DNA of 62,861 nucleotides, the filler included. It is 5 parts of 5 records of this genome, joined end to end, with 100 filler letters (N's around TTAATTAATTAA, not from the genome) between each part and the next. Parts side by side here need not be neighbours in the genome. Positions count along the whole stretch, not along the records: positions 54,352 to 62,861 come from SRR22947727_1802; 4 more parts are not named here. One strand, written 5' to 3'. Shown one piece after another: positions 62,720-62,861 of this stretch; the stretch's first letter is position 1, and each line of letters starts with the position of its first letter. The notes under the pieces were generated by a model that had not been told where the DNA came from, searched no databases, and saw only the letters and a list, made by a program, of their open reading frames with translations. The position numbers were made by a program, and so were the translations under genes.

Positions 62720-62861
62720 GTGATTAAGACGAAAGTAGCTTACTGGTTTTAACCTTTTTATTTGCTTTCTACAGTATGCGTCATCGTCTAGTCATGAGTG
62801 GTTAAGGTGAAAGAAGCTTTCATTGTTAAGCCTTTCTTATGAATGCGTCATCATCTTAACC
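62720..62861 (+). ncRNA. Two tandem copies of an unrecognised structured element (62720-62795, 62800-62861)
   Basis: Each unit: outer stem, AAG(T/A)A, GC, T, 5-bp stem, loop with TTAA..CTTTCT, 5-bp stem, T, GC, GTCA, outer stem; stem sequences differ but pairing is kept. Confidence 0.6.

Noticed and set aside
62720-62861. CRISPR array, integron attC, or a known ribozyme/riboswitch as the identity of the tandem element
   Set aside because: There are no identical repeats with unique spacers and no cas genes. The GTT/AAC order is opposite to attC. There is no CUGANGA hammerhead core. AGAA/GUC resembles hairpin-ribozyme loop A, but the register is wrong and loop B is absent.
54352-62861. Intact prophage
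   Set aside because: No integrase, terminase, capsid or tail genes are visible; there is only one CII-like regulator at the edge.

Overview
This window is not one locus. It contains five unrelated marine bacterial contigs joined by four artificial 100-nt linkers (N44-TTAATTAATTAA-N44). Contig A (1-7349) and contig C (35945-41548) look like SAR11/Pelagibacterales core DNA. A carries purine salvage, alkA, msrA, sseA and an RND pump; C carries a TPP riboswitch-thiV-tenA unit. Contig B (7450-35844) is a low-GC alphaproteobacterium, probably Caulobacterales/Hyphomonadales-like, with dapE, def-fmt-truA, sdh, mdh-sucCDAB-lpdA and pdh genes. Contig D (41649-54251) is betaproteobacterial, probably OM43/Methylophilales-like (rpsF, uvrB, tRNA-Asn, rnr, galU, metY). 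Contig E (54352-62861) is a very AT-rich SAR11-like accessory region. Taxonomic labels are my inference from protein style and composition; no searches were run. Best leads: (1) two tandem covarying structured elements at 62720-62861, next to a phage CII-like regulator that has an operator-like inverted repeat; (2) a tightly coupled four-gene cluster encoding a PDZ-fused pentameric ligand-gated ion channel, two 2-TM proteins and a Sel1-repeat protein; (3) an SdhC/SdhD pair that has lost both heme-ligating histidines; (4) an unannotated mini-ORF plus multi-hairpin element at 39032-39187.
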